Part shown: positions 50,169-60,041 of the stretch, piece by piece | Layout of the letters: each line of letters starts with the position of its first letter | Position numbering within the stretch: the first letter of the stretch is position 1 | Source: Vulcanimicrobiota bacterium | Lineage (GTDB): Bacteria > Vulcanimicrobiota > Vulcanimicrobiia > Vulcanimicrobiales > Vulcanimicrobiaceae | Length of the DNA stretch: 64,000 bases | Assembly: GCA_963812155.1 (NCBI GenBank) | Contig: CAWETW010000001.1 | Location: 416,001 to 480,000 of the forward strand | Direction: 5' to 3' | The notes under the pieces: generated by a model | Told to the model about the DNA's origin: nothing | What the model saw: the letters and a program-made list of their open reading frames with translations, nothing else | The model's database searches: none | Program-made: the position numbers and the translations under genes

Positions 50169-51833
50169 GTGATTCGCTTGGCCTGCGCCGTCCTCTCCGC
50201 CATTCTCGTGGGAGCGATGCCTGCGACCGGGTTTTCGATCGACAAATCCCGCTACTTCTCCGGTCCGCAGGTCGAGCAGGACTCGCGCGCAGCGGCCATC
50301 GCAGCGGCGCGTGCGTTCACGCGTTCGGCGGCGCCGCGCACGCGGGATGGTTGGTACCAATGGCTGCAACGATACGATGCGCTGCTCGTGGAACTCGAAC
50401 GTCACGACGTCTACGTCTATCTGCGCGCCGAGGAGGACGATCGCGACGTGGCAGGCGCCGATGCCGACGCTGTTCTCGGGAACGTCGAGGAGGCCACGCA
50501 CGCCCGGGTGGTGCGTGCTGCCAAGGAGCTCGGCGCGCAGGGGATCGCGTCGCTCACGGCAAGCCGACGATTAGGACCTTTCCGGTTTCTGCTCGAGCGT
50601 GCACTGGAGGAGTCGAAGCATCGGTTGAGCCCCGCCGACGCGCGAGCCGTCGCAACGGCCGTGACGCCGGTACTCGACGCATCGGCGACGACCTACAAAG
50701 CAATGCGGAAGTCGGGCGATTCGATTGAAAGCCGGCAGGATGCATACGCGGCACTGCTGGTCGCGATCGCGTCGGCGAACAACGGCGTCGCCCGGCTGCG
50801 TGGCTTTGGCGGTGCGCCCGAAGCGTCGTACTTCGACAAAGCACTGTCGGGCGCGTCCGTCGAGCGCGTACTGGCAGCGGTTAAATCGTTGCCTGCCTAT
50901 GCGCGGTACCGTCAAGTGGCGAAAGCCGCGCCCACGCCGGCCTTCAGTCCGCCGCCCGTATCCCCGGCCGACGCCATCCCGCTGATTCTGGCTGCGGAGC
51001 AAGCAATGGGCGACGACTACGCCGGACAGTACGCCGCTTTGCTCGCGCCGGCAAACGGCCGCCTCGAGATCTGCACCGATCCGCATTGCGACCGCACCGG
51101 CTTTTCGATGGGCTTCTCGCGCGTGACGTCGGCGGTGTATTTCGGCAGCTACGACGGGAGCGCCGGCTCGGTGCGAGCGGTAGCGCACGAATCGGGGCAT
51201 GCGGTACACCGGCAGTTCATGAACCTCCATCAGCCGATTGCCGCCTACAACGAAGGCCCGCACTTCATGTTCGAGTCGTTTGCGATCTTCAACGAACTGC
51301 TGTTTTTGGACCATCTCTACCGGACCGCTGCCACGAACGCCGCACGCGCCTACTACCTCGACTATTTCCTCAAAGACGCGACGTTTCAGGTCTACGGATC
51401 GGCCGAGGAGACCGACCTGGAGAGTGCCATCTATCGCGGCGTCGCCGATCGTTCGCTTCGAACGGCCGCAGACTTCGACGCGCTCACGCGCGCCGTCTTT
51501 GCGAAATACGATCCCTCATCCGCGGACGACCCGGCGACCGCACTCTATTGGGCGCGCGACCGGCTTTTTTTCAGCGATCCGCTGTACGACGTCAACTATT
51601 TGTATGCAGGCCTGCTCTCGCTGAAGTATTTCGACGAATACGAGCGTGCGCCGGCGGATTTTTCCCGCCGCTACGTCGCCCTGCTCAAGAACGGATTCAA
51701 CGACACTCCCACGCATCTGGAAAAGCAGTTCCTCGGCATCGACCTCAACGACGAGGCGGGGCTGGTGCACGACGCCGGCCGATTGATCGACACGAAAACG
51801 GAAACGCTGGCGCAACTCTACGGCGTGCGCTAA
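50169..51833 (+). CDS. M3-family (PepF-like) metallopeptidase with signal peptide
   Basis: AHESGHAVH zinc motif, FESFAIFNE, YDVNYLYA. Confidence 0.85.
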   Translation: MIRLACAVLSAILVGAMPATGFSIDKSRYFSGPQVEQDSRAAAIAAARAFTRSAAPRTRDGWYQWLQRYDALLVELERHDVYVYLRAEEDDRDVAGADADAVLGNVEEATHARVVRAAKELGAQGIASLTASRRLGPFRFLLERALEESKHRLSPADARAVATAVTPVLDASATTYKAMRKSGDSIESRQDAYAALLVAIASANNGVARLRGFGGAPEASYFDKALSGASVERVLAAVKSLPAYARYRQVAKAAPTPAFSPPPVSPADAIPLILAAEQAMGDDYAGQYAALLAPANGRLEICTDPHCDRTGFSMGFSRVTSAVYFGSYDGSAGSVRAVAHESGHAVHRQFMNLHQPIAAYNEGPHFMFESFAIFNELLFLDHLYRTAATNAARAYYLDYFLKDATFQVYGSAEETDLESAIYRGVADRSLRTAADFDALTRAVFAKYDPSSADDPATALYWARDRLFFSDPLYDVNYLYAGLLSLKYFDEYERAPADFSRRYVALLKNGFNDTPTHLEKQFLGIDLNDEAGLVHDAGRLIDTKTETLAQLYGVR

Positions 51834-51873
51834 AGCGAAGAGGCGACGCGATGAACGCCTCGCCTCTTCGCTT
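51833..51873. terminator. Hairpin between convergent genes
   Basis: aagcgaagaggcga...tcgcctcttcgctt. Confidence 0.6.
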
Positions 51874-51890
51874 GGAACGGCAGGGTTGAG

Positions 51891-53300
51891 CTACTGGTCG
51901 TCGGGGGAATGGTAGTCGTCGGGCTGATGCAAGAAGTACTGCTTGTCGTACGGCGACTGGAATTGAACGAATTTGCGCGGCGGCTTGGTGAAGTCGAAGG
52001 CATCTTTTGCCGGCGAGATGGCGCGCCGGTCGCTGGCGGCGAGACGCTTCAGGTGAAACTGATCTTCGATAAATCTCAGGATGCTGCCGTGCTCGTAGTG
52101 AACGTGCGAAACGTAGCCCTGCTTGGCGTAAGGCGAGATGATCAGCATCGGAATGCGCATCCCGAGCCCGTCGTAGTCCACGTACTTCGGCGGATCGGGA
52201 TCGAACCAACCGCCATAATCGTCCCAAAAAATAAAGATTGCCGTCGAATTCCAGTATTGGGATTGACCGACCGCGTTGACGACTTGCGTCACCCACGAAG
52301 GACCACTCTTGGAGCCGCTTCCTGCGTGGTCGGAGTTGGCCCACGTCGGCGTTACCCAGCTGACAGTGCGCATGTTCCCATTCGAAACGTCGTTGAGAAA
52401 CTGCGAGGGCGGCGTAATGACGTCGTTTTTCCAGTCGGGCCCGTTACCGTTTTGGTAGATATGGTTAATGGCCTGATAGGCGCTCCAAATGTTTCCGACG
52501 TCGTTGGTGGAGGCGGCATAGAACGCCCAGGAGATCCCCGTCTTGTCGAGTTCGTCGCCGAGCGTCGTTGGATCCCAACAAACGACTTCGCTCCCGTTGG
52601 GGATCTGACGCTGCGGACCGACCTCGGAGATTTTGTCTCCGGAACCGCCGGGGCAGCCCCACGAACTGCTGGGGTAGTTTACGGCGCTCTCCGCCTGCCC
52701 GGAGATAATGTACTGGTGCGAGATGAAACTGCTCGCATCGAAGTTCGACGCGAACATCTTGTCGGCGAGCACGTACTGCCCCGCCATGTCGAAGTACGGC
52801 TGCACCTCGGTTTGCGGGACGTAGCTATACTGAGGGTCGGCGTTGGGACACTTCGGCTCTCCGAAGTGGCCGCAACCCGCATACTCGTTATTGAATCCGT
52901 TCATGCGACAGTTCGTTCCGGGAATGCTTCCGGTACCGTTGCATGCGGCAAAATACGAGTTCGACGAGTGGTCGATGTCCCAGGACGTTTCGAGTCCCAA
53001 GGGTTGAAGCGTAATTTTGTTTCCGTTAGAGTCGTAGCCGAACGTTGCGGTTTTTGCTCCCGGATACCCGTAAAACAAATTATTGAAGCTGCGGTTCTCT
53101 TGAACTACAATAACGATGTGCTGGATCTTGCCGCTGGTGGTGTGAGTGTGCACTCGTTCCGGCAAACCGAAATTCGGAGCCGAGAAAGACGCGGGAATAC
53201 CGGGCGACGAGGTCGAGCCGCCGTTGGCGCTACAGGCGCTCAGCGACAGCGCGGCCGCCGCCACCAGAGACACCCGAATCGCGCCTGAAGACAATCGCAT
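51891..53300 (-). CDS. Phosphoesterase / phospholipase C family lipoprotein
   Basis: LSAC lipobox; IQHIVIVVQENRSFNN, WDDYGGWFD, GMRIPMLIISPYAK. Confidence 0.9.
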   Translation of the reverse strand: MRLSSGAIRVSLVAAAALSLSACSANGGSTSSPGIPASFSAPNFGLPERVHTHTTSGKIQHIVIVVQENRSFNNLFYGYPGAKTATFGYDSNGNKITLQPLGLETSWDIDHSSNSYFAACNGTGSIPGTNCRMNGFNNEYAGCGHFGEPKCPNADPQYSYVPQTEVQPYFDMAGQYVLADKMFASNFDASSFISHQYIISGQAESAVNYPSSSWGCPGGSGDKISEVGPQRQIPNGSEVVCWDPTTLGDELDKTGISWAFYAASTNDVGNIWSAYQAINHIYQNGNGPDWKNDVITPPSQFLNDVSNGNMRTVSWVTPTWANSDHAGSGSKSGPSWVTQVVNAVGQSQYWNSTAIFIFWDDYGGWFDPDPPKYVDYDGLGMRIPMLIISPYAKQGYVSHVHYEHGSILRFIEDQFHLKRLAASDRRAISPAKDAFDFTKPPRKFVQFQSPYDKQYFLHQPDDYHSPDDQ

Positions 53301-53536
53301 AGGTAGACGTTCTCCTCTCGCAGCGTTGCAAGGTGGGTCGTTTATACGGAACCGATACCAAGTCCCATGGCGGAAGAATGACCGGCCGTCTGCTTGCTCG
53401 CTGTAGGCCGGCTTAAGGGAAGGGTCATGGATTTCGTCTGCGCGGCCTCACGCGAAGGCCGGACGGTCCGCGCCGCTTGGGCACACCGCCAAATGTCAGG
53501 AACTCAGAAATAATCGCGGTTCCCTCACGGCGGACT

Positions 53537-54538
53537 TTATTGGATCAACTGTACGTCACCGAACTCGTGATAGCGGTAGCCACTTTCAGCGGCTTTCGCG
53601 TATGCGTCTTGAAGAAGGTCGGCATCGACGAAGGCATGCAGCAGCGAAATATGCGTCGCATTTGCGTCGTGGAAACCGGATAGCAATACATCGACGGCTC
53701 TCGGTCGATACGTTTCGCCGATAACGAGATCGGTCCAACCGCTCGTGGCGACCACGCCCTCGTCCGTCGCGGCACTCTCGAGCGCTCGGACCACGGTTGT
53801 TCCGATCGCGATCACTCGACGGCCGTTTCGTCGTGCGTTTTCAACACGCTCCGCCGTAGCATGCGAGACCGTAAAACGTTCGGGTGCCGGGCGTTCGAAA
53901 GCCTCGAAGCTGGACACTCCGCAGTGCAGCGTGACGCTCGCGATTTCCATGCCGCGAGCGCATAGCTCGGTCACGACGGATTTCGTAAAAGGGCGCGCTG
54001 CGGAGGGCATCTCGGAGGACCCCATCTCACGAGCAAACACAGTTTGATAATCTCGTAGGGGAAAACTCCGGCGGAGATATCCGTAGCTAATCGGCGTTCC
54101 GAACTCGGCGAGGTACGCGTACATCGGGGCATTGAGCCGAAATGTCCCGTACCACAAACGCGGTTGTCGCGGCTCGACCGGCGCAATCATCGCGGCCGTG
54201 GCACCGCCCGGGAGTGTTAGCGTTTCACCAACAGCGACCCGCCCGCGCGGCTCGACCATCCACAGCCGCTCGTCGATCTTCGTGCTCACGTGAAGGGGAA
54301 TTGCGTCGCCGTTGCCTTGCCGCGCGAGGATCGAGGCAGGCAACGTTGCTGAATCGTTGACGACGAGCAGATCTCCGGCGCGCAGCAGCCTCGGCAGATC
54401 GCTAAAATGCGCGTGCGTATGCGAGCGCTTCTTCCGGTCGGTCACGAGCATCCGTACGCCGTCGCGCGCTACGCCCCGGTATTCGGGCGGCTCTGTCGCC
54501 TCAATCAAGCCGCGCGAAAGCATTTGTGCAGCCCTCAC
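53537..54538 (-). CDS. QueA-like protein (non-canonical subfamily)
   Basis: GDLLVVNDSATLPA, YQTVFA, GSSEMPSAARPF, TLHCG, AIGTTVVRALES, YRYHEFGD; departs from canonical QueA motifs (LPPYI, APTAGLHF, NFHLP, FSYGD). Confidence 0.85.
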   Translation of the reverse strand: MRAAQMLSRGLIEATEPPEYRGVARDGVRMLVTDRKKRSHTHAHFSDLPRLLRAGDLLVVNDSATLPASILARQGNGDAIPLHVSTKIDERLWMVEPRGRVAVGETLTLPGGATAAMIAPVEPRQPRLWYGTFRLNAPMYAYLAEFGTPISYGYLRRSFPLRDYQTVFAREMGSSEMPSAARPFTKSVVTELCARGMEIASVTLHCGVSSFEAFERPAPERFTVSHATAERVENARRNGRRVIAIGTTVVRALESAATDEGVVATSGWTDLVIGETYRPRAVDVLLSGFHDANATHISLLHAFVDADLLQDAYAKAAESGYRYHEFGDVQLIQ

Positions 54539-55293
54539 GCCGTCACGAGATCCGAAGCGCGCACGCGCTCGAAGCCACCCTTCATCTCGGCAATGGCGCG
54601 CATCAGCGCGCGGGCCGAATCCGCAGGATCCCGAAGCTCTGACGGATCGGCGTCGGGCATCGCATCTCGATGCATCGCCGTGTTCATGTCGCCCGGATCG
54701 AATACGAGCACGCGAGTCGAACTATTGCCTTTCACCTCGGCTGCCAGCACGCGTGAAACGTGTTCGAGCGCGGATTTGCTTGCGCCGTATCCACCCCACG
54801 CCGGATAAGCTTCCACGCCGGCGTCCGACGTGATGTTGACGATCGTGCCCGGATCGGATCGCGCCATGAGCGGCAACGCGTGTTGGATCAGATGGATCGG
54901 CGCAAAAACGTTGACGTCGAAAACGGCGCGAAACGTCTCGCGGTCGAGTTGATCGATTCTCGGTAAGGGCGTTTGTCCGAGCGTCGAGGCGTTGTTCACG
55001 AGCAGGTCGAGCCGTCCGGCCTGTTTCGCGGCCGCGACGAGCGCATGAACGTGTGCCGGATCCGCGACGTCGCCGGGGATCGCGGTGAGATTGCCGAGCC
55101 GCCCCTCGTCCTTCGACAAGGTACGGGACACGTCGTTGAGGATGGCACGACGGGTGCGTTCGAGCCGGAGCGGATCGCGGCCGTCGATGATGACCGTGAG
55201 TCCCTTACCGAGCAGCTCCCAAGCGAGCGCCTTGCCTAATCCTCGCGACCCTCCCGTGACGATCGCCACGTGTCCTGATTGAAACCATTCCAT
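54535..55293 (-). CDS. Short-chain dehydrogenase/reductase
   Basis: TGGSRGLG, LLVNNAS, NITSDA, YGASK, DPGDMNT; coupled to QueA-like gene (GTGA). Confidence 0.9.
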   Translation of the reverse strand: MEWFQSGHVAIVTGGSRGLGKALAWELLGKGLTVIIDGRDPLRLERTRRAILNDVSRTLSKDEGRLGNLTAIPGDVADPAHVHALVAAAKQAGRLDLLVNNASTLGQTPLPRIDQLDRETFRAVFDVNVFAPIHLIQHALPLMARSDPGTIVNITSDAGVEAYPAWGGYGASKSALEHVSRVLAAEVKGNSSTRVLVFDPGDMNTAMHRDAMPDADPSELRDPADSARALMRAIAEMKGGFERVRASDLVTA

Positions 55294-55303
55294 AACGAGA
55301 ACG

Positions 55304-55334
55304 AGTTTATAACCTCAAGTATAGTTGAGGTCAA
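55304..55334 (-). promoter_or_regulatory. SoxR box within MerR-type 19-bp-spacer promoter
   Basis: Palindrome ACCTCAAgtatagTTGAGGT (55312-55331); minus strand TTGACC-19 bp-TAAACT, 10 nt before SDR ATG. Confidence 0.9.
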
Positions 55335-55341
55335 GATTGAA

Positions 55342-55779
55342 ATGGAACTTCTTACCGTCGGCGAGATCGCCACGCGAAGCGACCTCCCCGTCTCGACGAT
55401 TCACTTCTGGGAATCGAAAGGCTTGATCCGCAGCACGCGCAGCAACGGCAATCAACGGCGGTTTGCGCGAGCGGAACTACGGCGCATCGCCGTAATCAAA
55501 ATTGGTCAGCGCGCAGGTATTCCGTTATCCGAAATCCGCGACGTCCTCGACACGTTGCCGGAAGACCGAGCCGTTTCCGCGAGAAACTGGTCGGCGCTAT
55601 CGAATCGTTGGAAGCGCAGCCTCGACGACCGCATCGCGCGCCTCACCGCGCTACGCAATCAGCTCGGGCAGTGCATCGGCTGCGGTTGTCTTTCGCTCGA
55701 CAAATGCTGGCTTCGCAATCCCGATGACAAGCTTGCGGCGCAAGGGCCCGGCCCGCGTCTGCTCGATTTCAGCCGATAA
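55342..55779 (+). CDS. soxR: Redox-sensitive transcriptional activator SoxR
   Basis: LTVGEIA, SNGNQRRF, [2Fe-2S] motif CIGCGCLSLDKC, GPGPRLL. Confidence 0.97.
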   Translation: MELLTVGEIATRSDLPVSTIHFWESKGLIRSTRSNGNQRRFARAELRRIAVIKIGQRAGIPLSEIRDVLDTLPEDRAVSARNWSALSNRWKRSLDDRIARLTALRNQLGQCIGCGCLSLDKCWLRNPDDKLAAQGPGPRLLDFSR

Positions 55780-55871
55780 GTTGCTCCGACCGAATAGCGG
55801 GCGGCCGAGCGGGAACGGAGTGCGGATCTGGAGTTGCCCAACCGGCGGACGCCGGGGACGACTTGCAATAG

Positions 55872-57233
55872 CTACTCGTAGTCGGGCGGTCGCGGATCGT
55901 CGGGTTGCTGGTAAAGGAAGAAGTTCGGCCCTTTCGGCGCGACGATCGGCACGAACGGGCGCGGCCGCTGCATGAAATCAAAGCAGTCCAACGCCGGCGA
56001 GTTCGACCGCGCGTCGGCGGCGGCGAGCCGTCCCAGCCCGAAGACGTCTTCGGCGAACTTCAATATGCTGCCCGTTTCGTAGTGCACGTGCGAAACGTAG
56101 TCGTGTTTTGCGAACGGCGAGATGACCAGCAGCGGGACGCGGAAACCAAGTCCGTCGTAGTCGAGGTGCTCGGGCGGCTCGTGGTCGTAGAGACCGCCCC
56201 AATCGTCCCACGTGACGAAGATGGCCGTGTTATTCCAAAAGCGGCTTCGCCCGACCGCGTTGACCAGCGAGGTCACCCACGACGGACCGAATCCACCGCC
56301 GCAGTTCACGTGATCGGAGTTGGCGCAGATCGGCGTGATCCACGTGACGTTCGCCAATATTCCTTTGCCGACGTCGCTGATGAACCGCTTCTGCGGTGTA
56401 ATTAAATCCTTCTTCCAATCCGGGCCGTAGCGAATGTGCCGGACGGCCTGGTAGCCCGACCACTCCCCGCCGTCGCGAAAGACCGTGCTCGTATAGAATC
56501 GCCACGAGCGGCGCGCTTGGTCGAGCTCGTCGCCGAGCGTCGTGTAATCGAAGCACGTAGGCTGAGTCTTGCCGTACGTCCGCTGTTGGGTCACGGTCTG
56601 CACGACGTCTTGATCGCCGCCTTCGCAGCCCCAATCGCCGTACGGGAGATCGACGCTGCCATGAGCTTGTGCCGCGATGATGTACTGATGCGAGACGAAA
56701 CTTTCGTCCAAGTGCGACTGATGCATGTGGTCGGCCAGCACCCATTCGTGCGCCATGTCGAAGTACGGTTTCGAATCGGAATGCGGTACGTAGACGTACT
56801 CAGGATTTTTGGGGCCGCCCCAGTTCGAATCGAGATTGAATCCATCCATCCGGCAGCTGGTTCCCGGCAACTTTCCCGTTCCGCGGCACTCTCGAATCAT
56901 AGCGTGCATCGAATGATCGAGCACGTATTGCGTCGCCAAACTCACCGGTTGCAGCCGGATCGTCTCGCCAAAGGAGTTTTTGCCGCTGGAAACGGTATCG
57001 GCGTGCGGGTAGCCCTGGAACAGGTTGTCGAAACTGCGGTTCTCTTGGTAAATGATGACGACGTGAAAGATCTTGCCGGCGCCGCTCCCGGAATCGGGCA
57101 AAAGACCGCCGCTGCCCGCGGCCGGCACGAATGCGCCTTCGCCCGCCGATTGACGCGACGCACTCGAGCACGCCGCGAACGCAACCGCCGCAATGGCGGC
57201 CGCTACGGCAATGGCCGCACGCCCAATGTTCAC
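55872..57233 (-). CDS. Phosphoesterase / phospholipase C family lipoprotein
   Basis: FAAC lipobox; [39 protein letters not shown]; close paralog of 8279..9598. Confidence 0.9.
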   Translation of the reverse strand: MNIGRAAIAVAAAIAAVAFAACSSASRQSAGEGAFVPAAGSGGLLPDSGSGAGKIFHVVIIYQENRSFDNLFQGYPHADTVSSGKNSFGETIRLQPVSLATQYVLDHSMHAMIRECRGTGKLPGTSCRMDGFNLDSNWGGPKNPEYVYVPHSDSKPYFDMAHEWVLADHMHQSHLDESFVSHQYIIAAQAHGSVDLPYGDWGCEGGDQDVVQTVTQQRTYGKTQPTCFDYTTLGDELDQARRSWRFYTSTVFRDGGEWSGYQAVRHIRYGPDWKKDLITPQKRFISDVGKGILANVTWITPICANSDHVNCGGGFGPSWVTSLVNAVGRSRFWNNTAIFVTWDDWGGLYDHEPPEHLDYDGLGFRVPLLVISPFAKHDYVSHVHYETGSILKFAEDVFGLGRLAAADARSNSPALDCFDFMQRPRPFVPIVAPKGPNFFLYQQPDDPRPPDYE

Positions 57234-57297
57234 GTAGCGAGCATGCTACCCGCCGTGCGGCGCGGAATCCTCGCTCCGTGATGCGAAAGACGGACGA

Positions 57298-59964
57298 ATG
57301 CTCTCCACCGCAGCGCTAGCAGGCGATGGGTTCGTCGGCCGTCACGACGAGCTGGCATTTTTGCGCGAATCGTTTGTGCGCGCGCGCGATTCCGGCGCGC
57401 GTTTCGTTCCCGTTGAAGGCGACGCCGGCATCGGCAAATCGAGCCTGATTGCGGAGTTTGCCGCGTCGGTTTCCAGCGAAGCGCTGGTCGCGCGCGGCGA
57501 CTGCAGCGAGCACGTGCGCGATCCTTACGGACCGTTCTGGCCGATTTTCGACCGCATCGGAACGCGCGGGCTGCACCGGCCCTACCGCGCACGCGGACAA
57601 CGTCCCAACGCTGCCGAGAAGGCCGCCTTCTTCGACGCCGCGCTGCGCGCGCTGGAACGTTCGGCGTTGCGCAAGCCGCTGGTTGCCGTCATCGAAGATT
57701 TGCAGTGGGCCGATTCGGCGACGCTCGAACTGCTCAAGCACCTCATGGCGCATCTTTCCGGCGCGCGCGTCATGTTGGTCGCGGCATTGCGCGTCGACGA
57801 CGCCGTCAATCCGCCGTTGGCCGCGTTTCGCCATTTCGTCGCGCGCCGTCGCGTCGACGGCATTCGCCTGCGCGGATTGCATCGCAACGAAATCCGGGCG
57901 ATCGTTGCACGCCATGCGACCGGCATCGCGATTGCGCCGGCCACGCTGTCGCGTATCGAAGTGCTCTCCGAAGGCAACCCGCTTTTCGCCGAGGAGCTGG
58001 CGCGCATCGCGGCCGAGACCGGCGGCGTGAACTTGGCGACGCACGCGCCCTTATCGCTGCAAGCCACGCTCGGCGAGCGCACGATCCGGCTCGACGCGCA
58101 CGAACACGCCGTGCTGGTGCGCGCCGCCATTCTCGGCCAGCGCTTCGATGCGGCCTTTCTCGGAAGTATTCTCGACGAGCCGGCGCACAGCGTCCTGCGC
58201 GCCGTGCAGCGCGCCGTGGAAGCGGGCATTCTCGTCGAAGTGCCGCCGAGCCCGTACGCGTTTGCGTTCCGGCATGCGATGTTTCGCCAGGCCTTTGCCG
58301 ACCAGATGATCGTCGGGCTCGCGGCGCCGCTGCACGCTCGCATCGCGCGCGAGCTCGAGACGGCCGACGATTGCGAGACGCACGTCGCCGAACTCGCCTA
58401 TCATTGGTCGGAAGCGCGCGACGCGGCACGCGCCCGGCACTATAACGAACGTGCCGCGGAGTCGGCGTGGAGCCTTTACGCCTACCGCGACGCGATCGGG
58501 TTTTACGGCACCGCATTGCGATGGGAGTACCCGCCGGGTGCGGCGCGCGCGGCGCTCTACGAACGCATGGGCACGCTGCTTTCGATCGAAGGGTGCGGCG
58601 AAGAGCCGACCGAGTGGTTCGAAAAGAGCCGCGCCGAGTACGCGCGCATCGGCGACGTCGAAGGCGCCTCGCGCGCGCTGCTGCGCCTGGCGGACCAGTA
58701 TTGGGTGGATGCACGGACCTCCGAAAGTTACACCGCCGCAGCCCAAGCGGCAACGGCGGCAGGCGCGCTGGCCAAGCCCGCGATTCGCGCCGAAGCCGAA
58801 CTGACGCTCGCGCGGTATGCGATTACGCTCGGCGATCCGGCGCTGGCGCAACGTCACTTGGACGCCGCCGGGGCGTTGCGCGCGCACTTCAACCCGGAGC
58901 TACGCGCCTGTTTTCACGAGGTCCGGGCCGAAACGCGCACCGCGCTCGGACTCACACAGGCCGCGTTGCGCGACTGCCGCCGCGCATCGGCGATCGCGCA
59001 CGAAACCCAGTCCGGCGAACTCATCGCCCAAATCGAGAATAACTACGCGCTCGTCGCGTTCGATCTCAGCGAGCTCGACCTGGCGATCGAGCGCCATGGA
59101 ATCGCCCTCGCGGAGGCGCGGCGCACGTCCATGAACTGGCGCGTGGCGTACTCGGCACTCAACTTTGCCAACACGCTCACCTTCACCGGCGAACTCGAAC
59201 GAGCGCGCGCGCTGGTGCGCGAAGCGCTCGAGAGCGGCGTCACGACGGCGACGTTTAAAACGAAAGCAGCCGCCGTGGGAGTCCCGCTGGCGCTGCGGCT
59301 CGACGACCGCCATCTGCTCGAGGCCTGCGCCGACGACGATGCCCTCGCGCTCGCCACGCGCTCGGCAGAGCCGCAACGCATCGCATCGGTATCGGCGGCC
59401 TTCGCCGAGCTCCGCCGCGCGCAACGAGCCCCCGAAGCAGCGCGTGCCCTGCTCGGCGAGGCGCTCGCGGCACTCCGGCAGCCGCACCGGTGCACGAGTT
59501 TGGCGCTACAGGCCGGCGCCTGCCATGACGACAGCATGCAAACCGCAGCGCAACGCCTCCTCGCGGGCGCCCCGCTGCGCCCGCGGATCCGGCGGGCCTG
59601 CCGGCTCCTTATCGCGCTCGCGCAGGCCGGCGGGAGCGGCGATCGGAGGCGACGCGTCGGCGCGGCTGCTGCGACCGCGTGCGCACACGCCGGCTGGCGC
59701 CTCCATCAAGCGCGTGCGCTGGAAGCAGCGCGTTCGACCGGCGGCACTCCCGCCCCTGAGACCGCCGGCGCCCTCGCGTTGAGCCCGCGCCAAACCGAAG
59801 TGGCGCGTCTGGTCGCCGATGGCGCGACCAATCGCGCGATCGCCGAACGCCTTCACATCAGCGAGCACACCGTCGAGCACCACCTATCGACGATCTTCAC
59901 TCGTCTCGGTTTGCATTCGCGATCGGCTCTCGCGGCTCACGTGGAGCGTTCGCTCACCGCATAG
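57298..59964 (+). CDS. LAL-type regulator (AAA ATPase + TPR-like + LuxR HTH)
   Basis: FVGRHDEL, Walker A GDAGIGKS, IEDLQWAD, GNPLFAEE, LSPRQTEVARLVADGATNRAIAERLHISEHTVEHH. Confidence 0.93.
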   Translation: MLSTAALAGDGFVGRHDELAFLRESFVRARDSGARFVPVEGDAGIGKSSLIAEFAASVSSEALVARGDCSEHVRDPYGPFWPIFDRIGTRGLHRPYRARGQRPNAAEKAAFFDAALRALERSALRKPLVAVIEDLQWADSATLELLKHLMAHLSGARVMLVAALRVDDAVNPPLAAFRHFVARRRVDGIRLRGLHRNEIRAIVARHATGIAIAPATLSRIEVLSEGNPLFAEELARIAAETGGVNLATHAPLSLQATLGERTIRLDAHEHAVLVRAAILGQRFDAAFLGSILDEPAHSVLRAVQRAVEAGILVEVPPSPYAFAFRHAMFRQAFADQMIVGLAAPLHARIARELETADDCETHVAELAYHWSEARDAARARHYNERAAESAWSLYAYRDAIGFYGTALRWEYPPGAARAALYERMGTLLSIEGCGEEPTEWFEKSRAEYARIGDVEGASRALLRLADQYWVDARTSESYTAAAQAATAAGALAKPAIRAEAELTLARYAITLGDPALAQRHLDAAGALRAHFNPELRACFHEVRAETRTALGLTQAALRDCRRASAIAHETQSGELIAQIENNYALVAFDLSELDLAIERHGIALAEARRTSMNWRVAYSALNFANTLTFTGELERARALVREALESGVTTATFKTKAAAVGVPLALRLDDRHLLEACADDDALALATRSAEPQRIASVSAAFAELRRAQRAPEAARALLGEALAALRQPHRCTSLALQAGACHDDSMQTAAQRLLAGAPLRPRIRRACRLLIALAQAGGSGDRRRRVGAAAATACAHAGWRLHQARALEAARSTGGTPAPETAGALALSPRQTEVARLVADGATNRAIAERLHISEHTVEHHLSTIFTRLGLHSRSALAAHVERSLTA

Positions 59965-60041
59965 CGGGAATCCAGGATACCGGTGTTTCGGGGTCCTCCG
60001 TATAATCCGACGTAAGGGATCTTTACTCGGAGGAACGCAGG

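Noticed and set aside
53301..53536. 236-bp intergenic region as possible riboswitch
   Set aside because: Only small GC hairpins; no recognisable aptamer consensus
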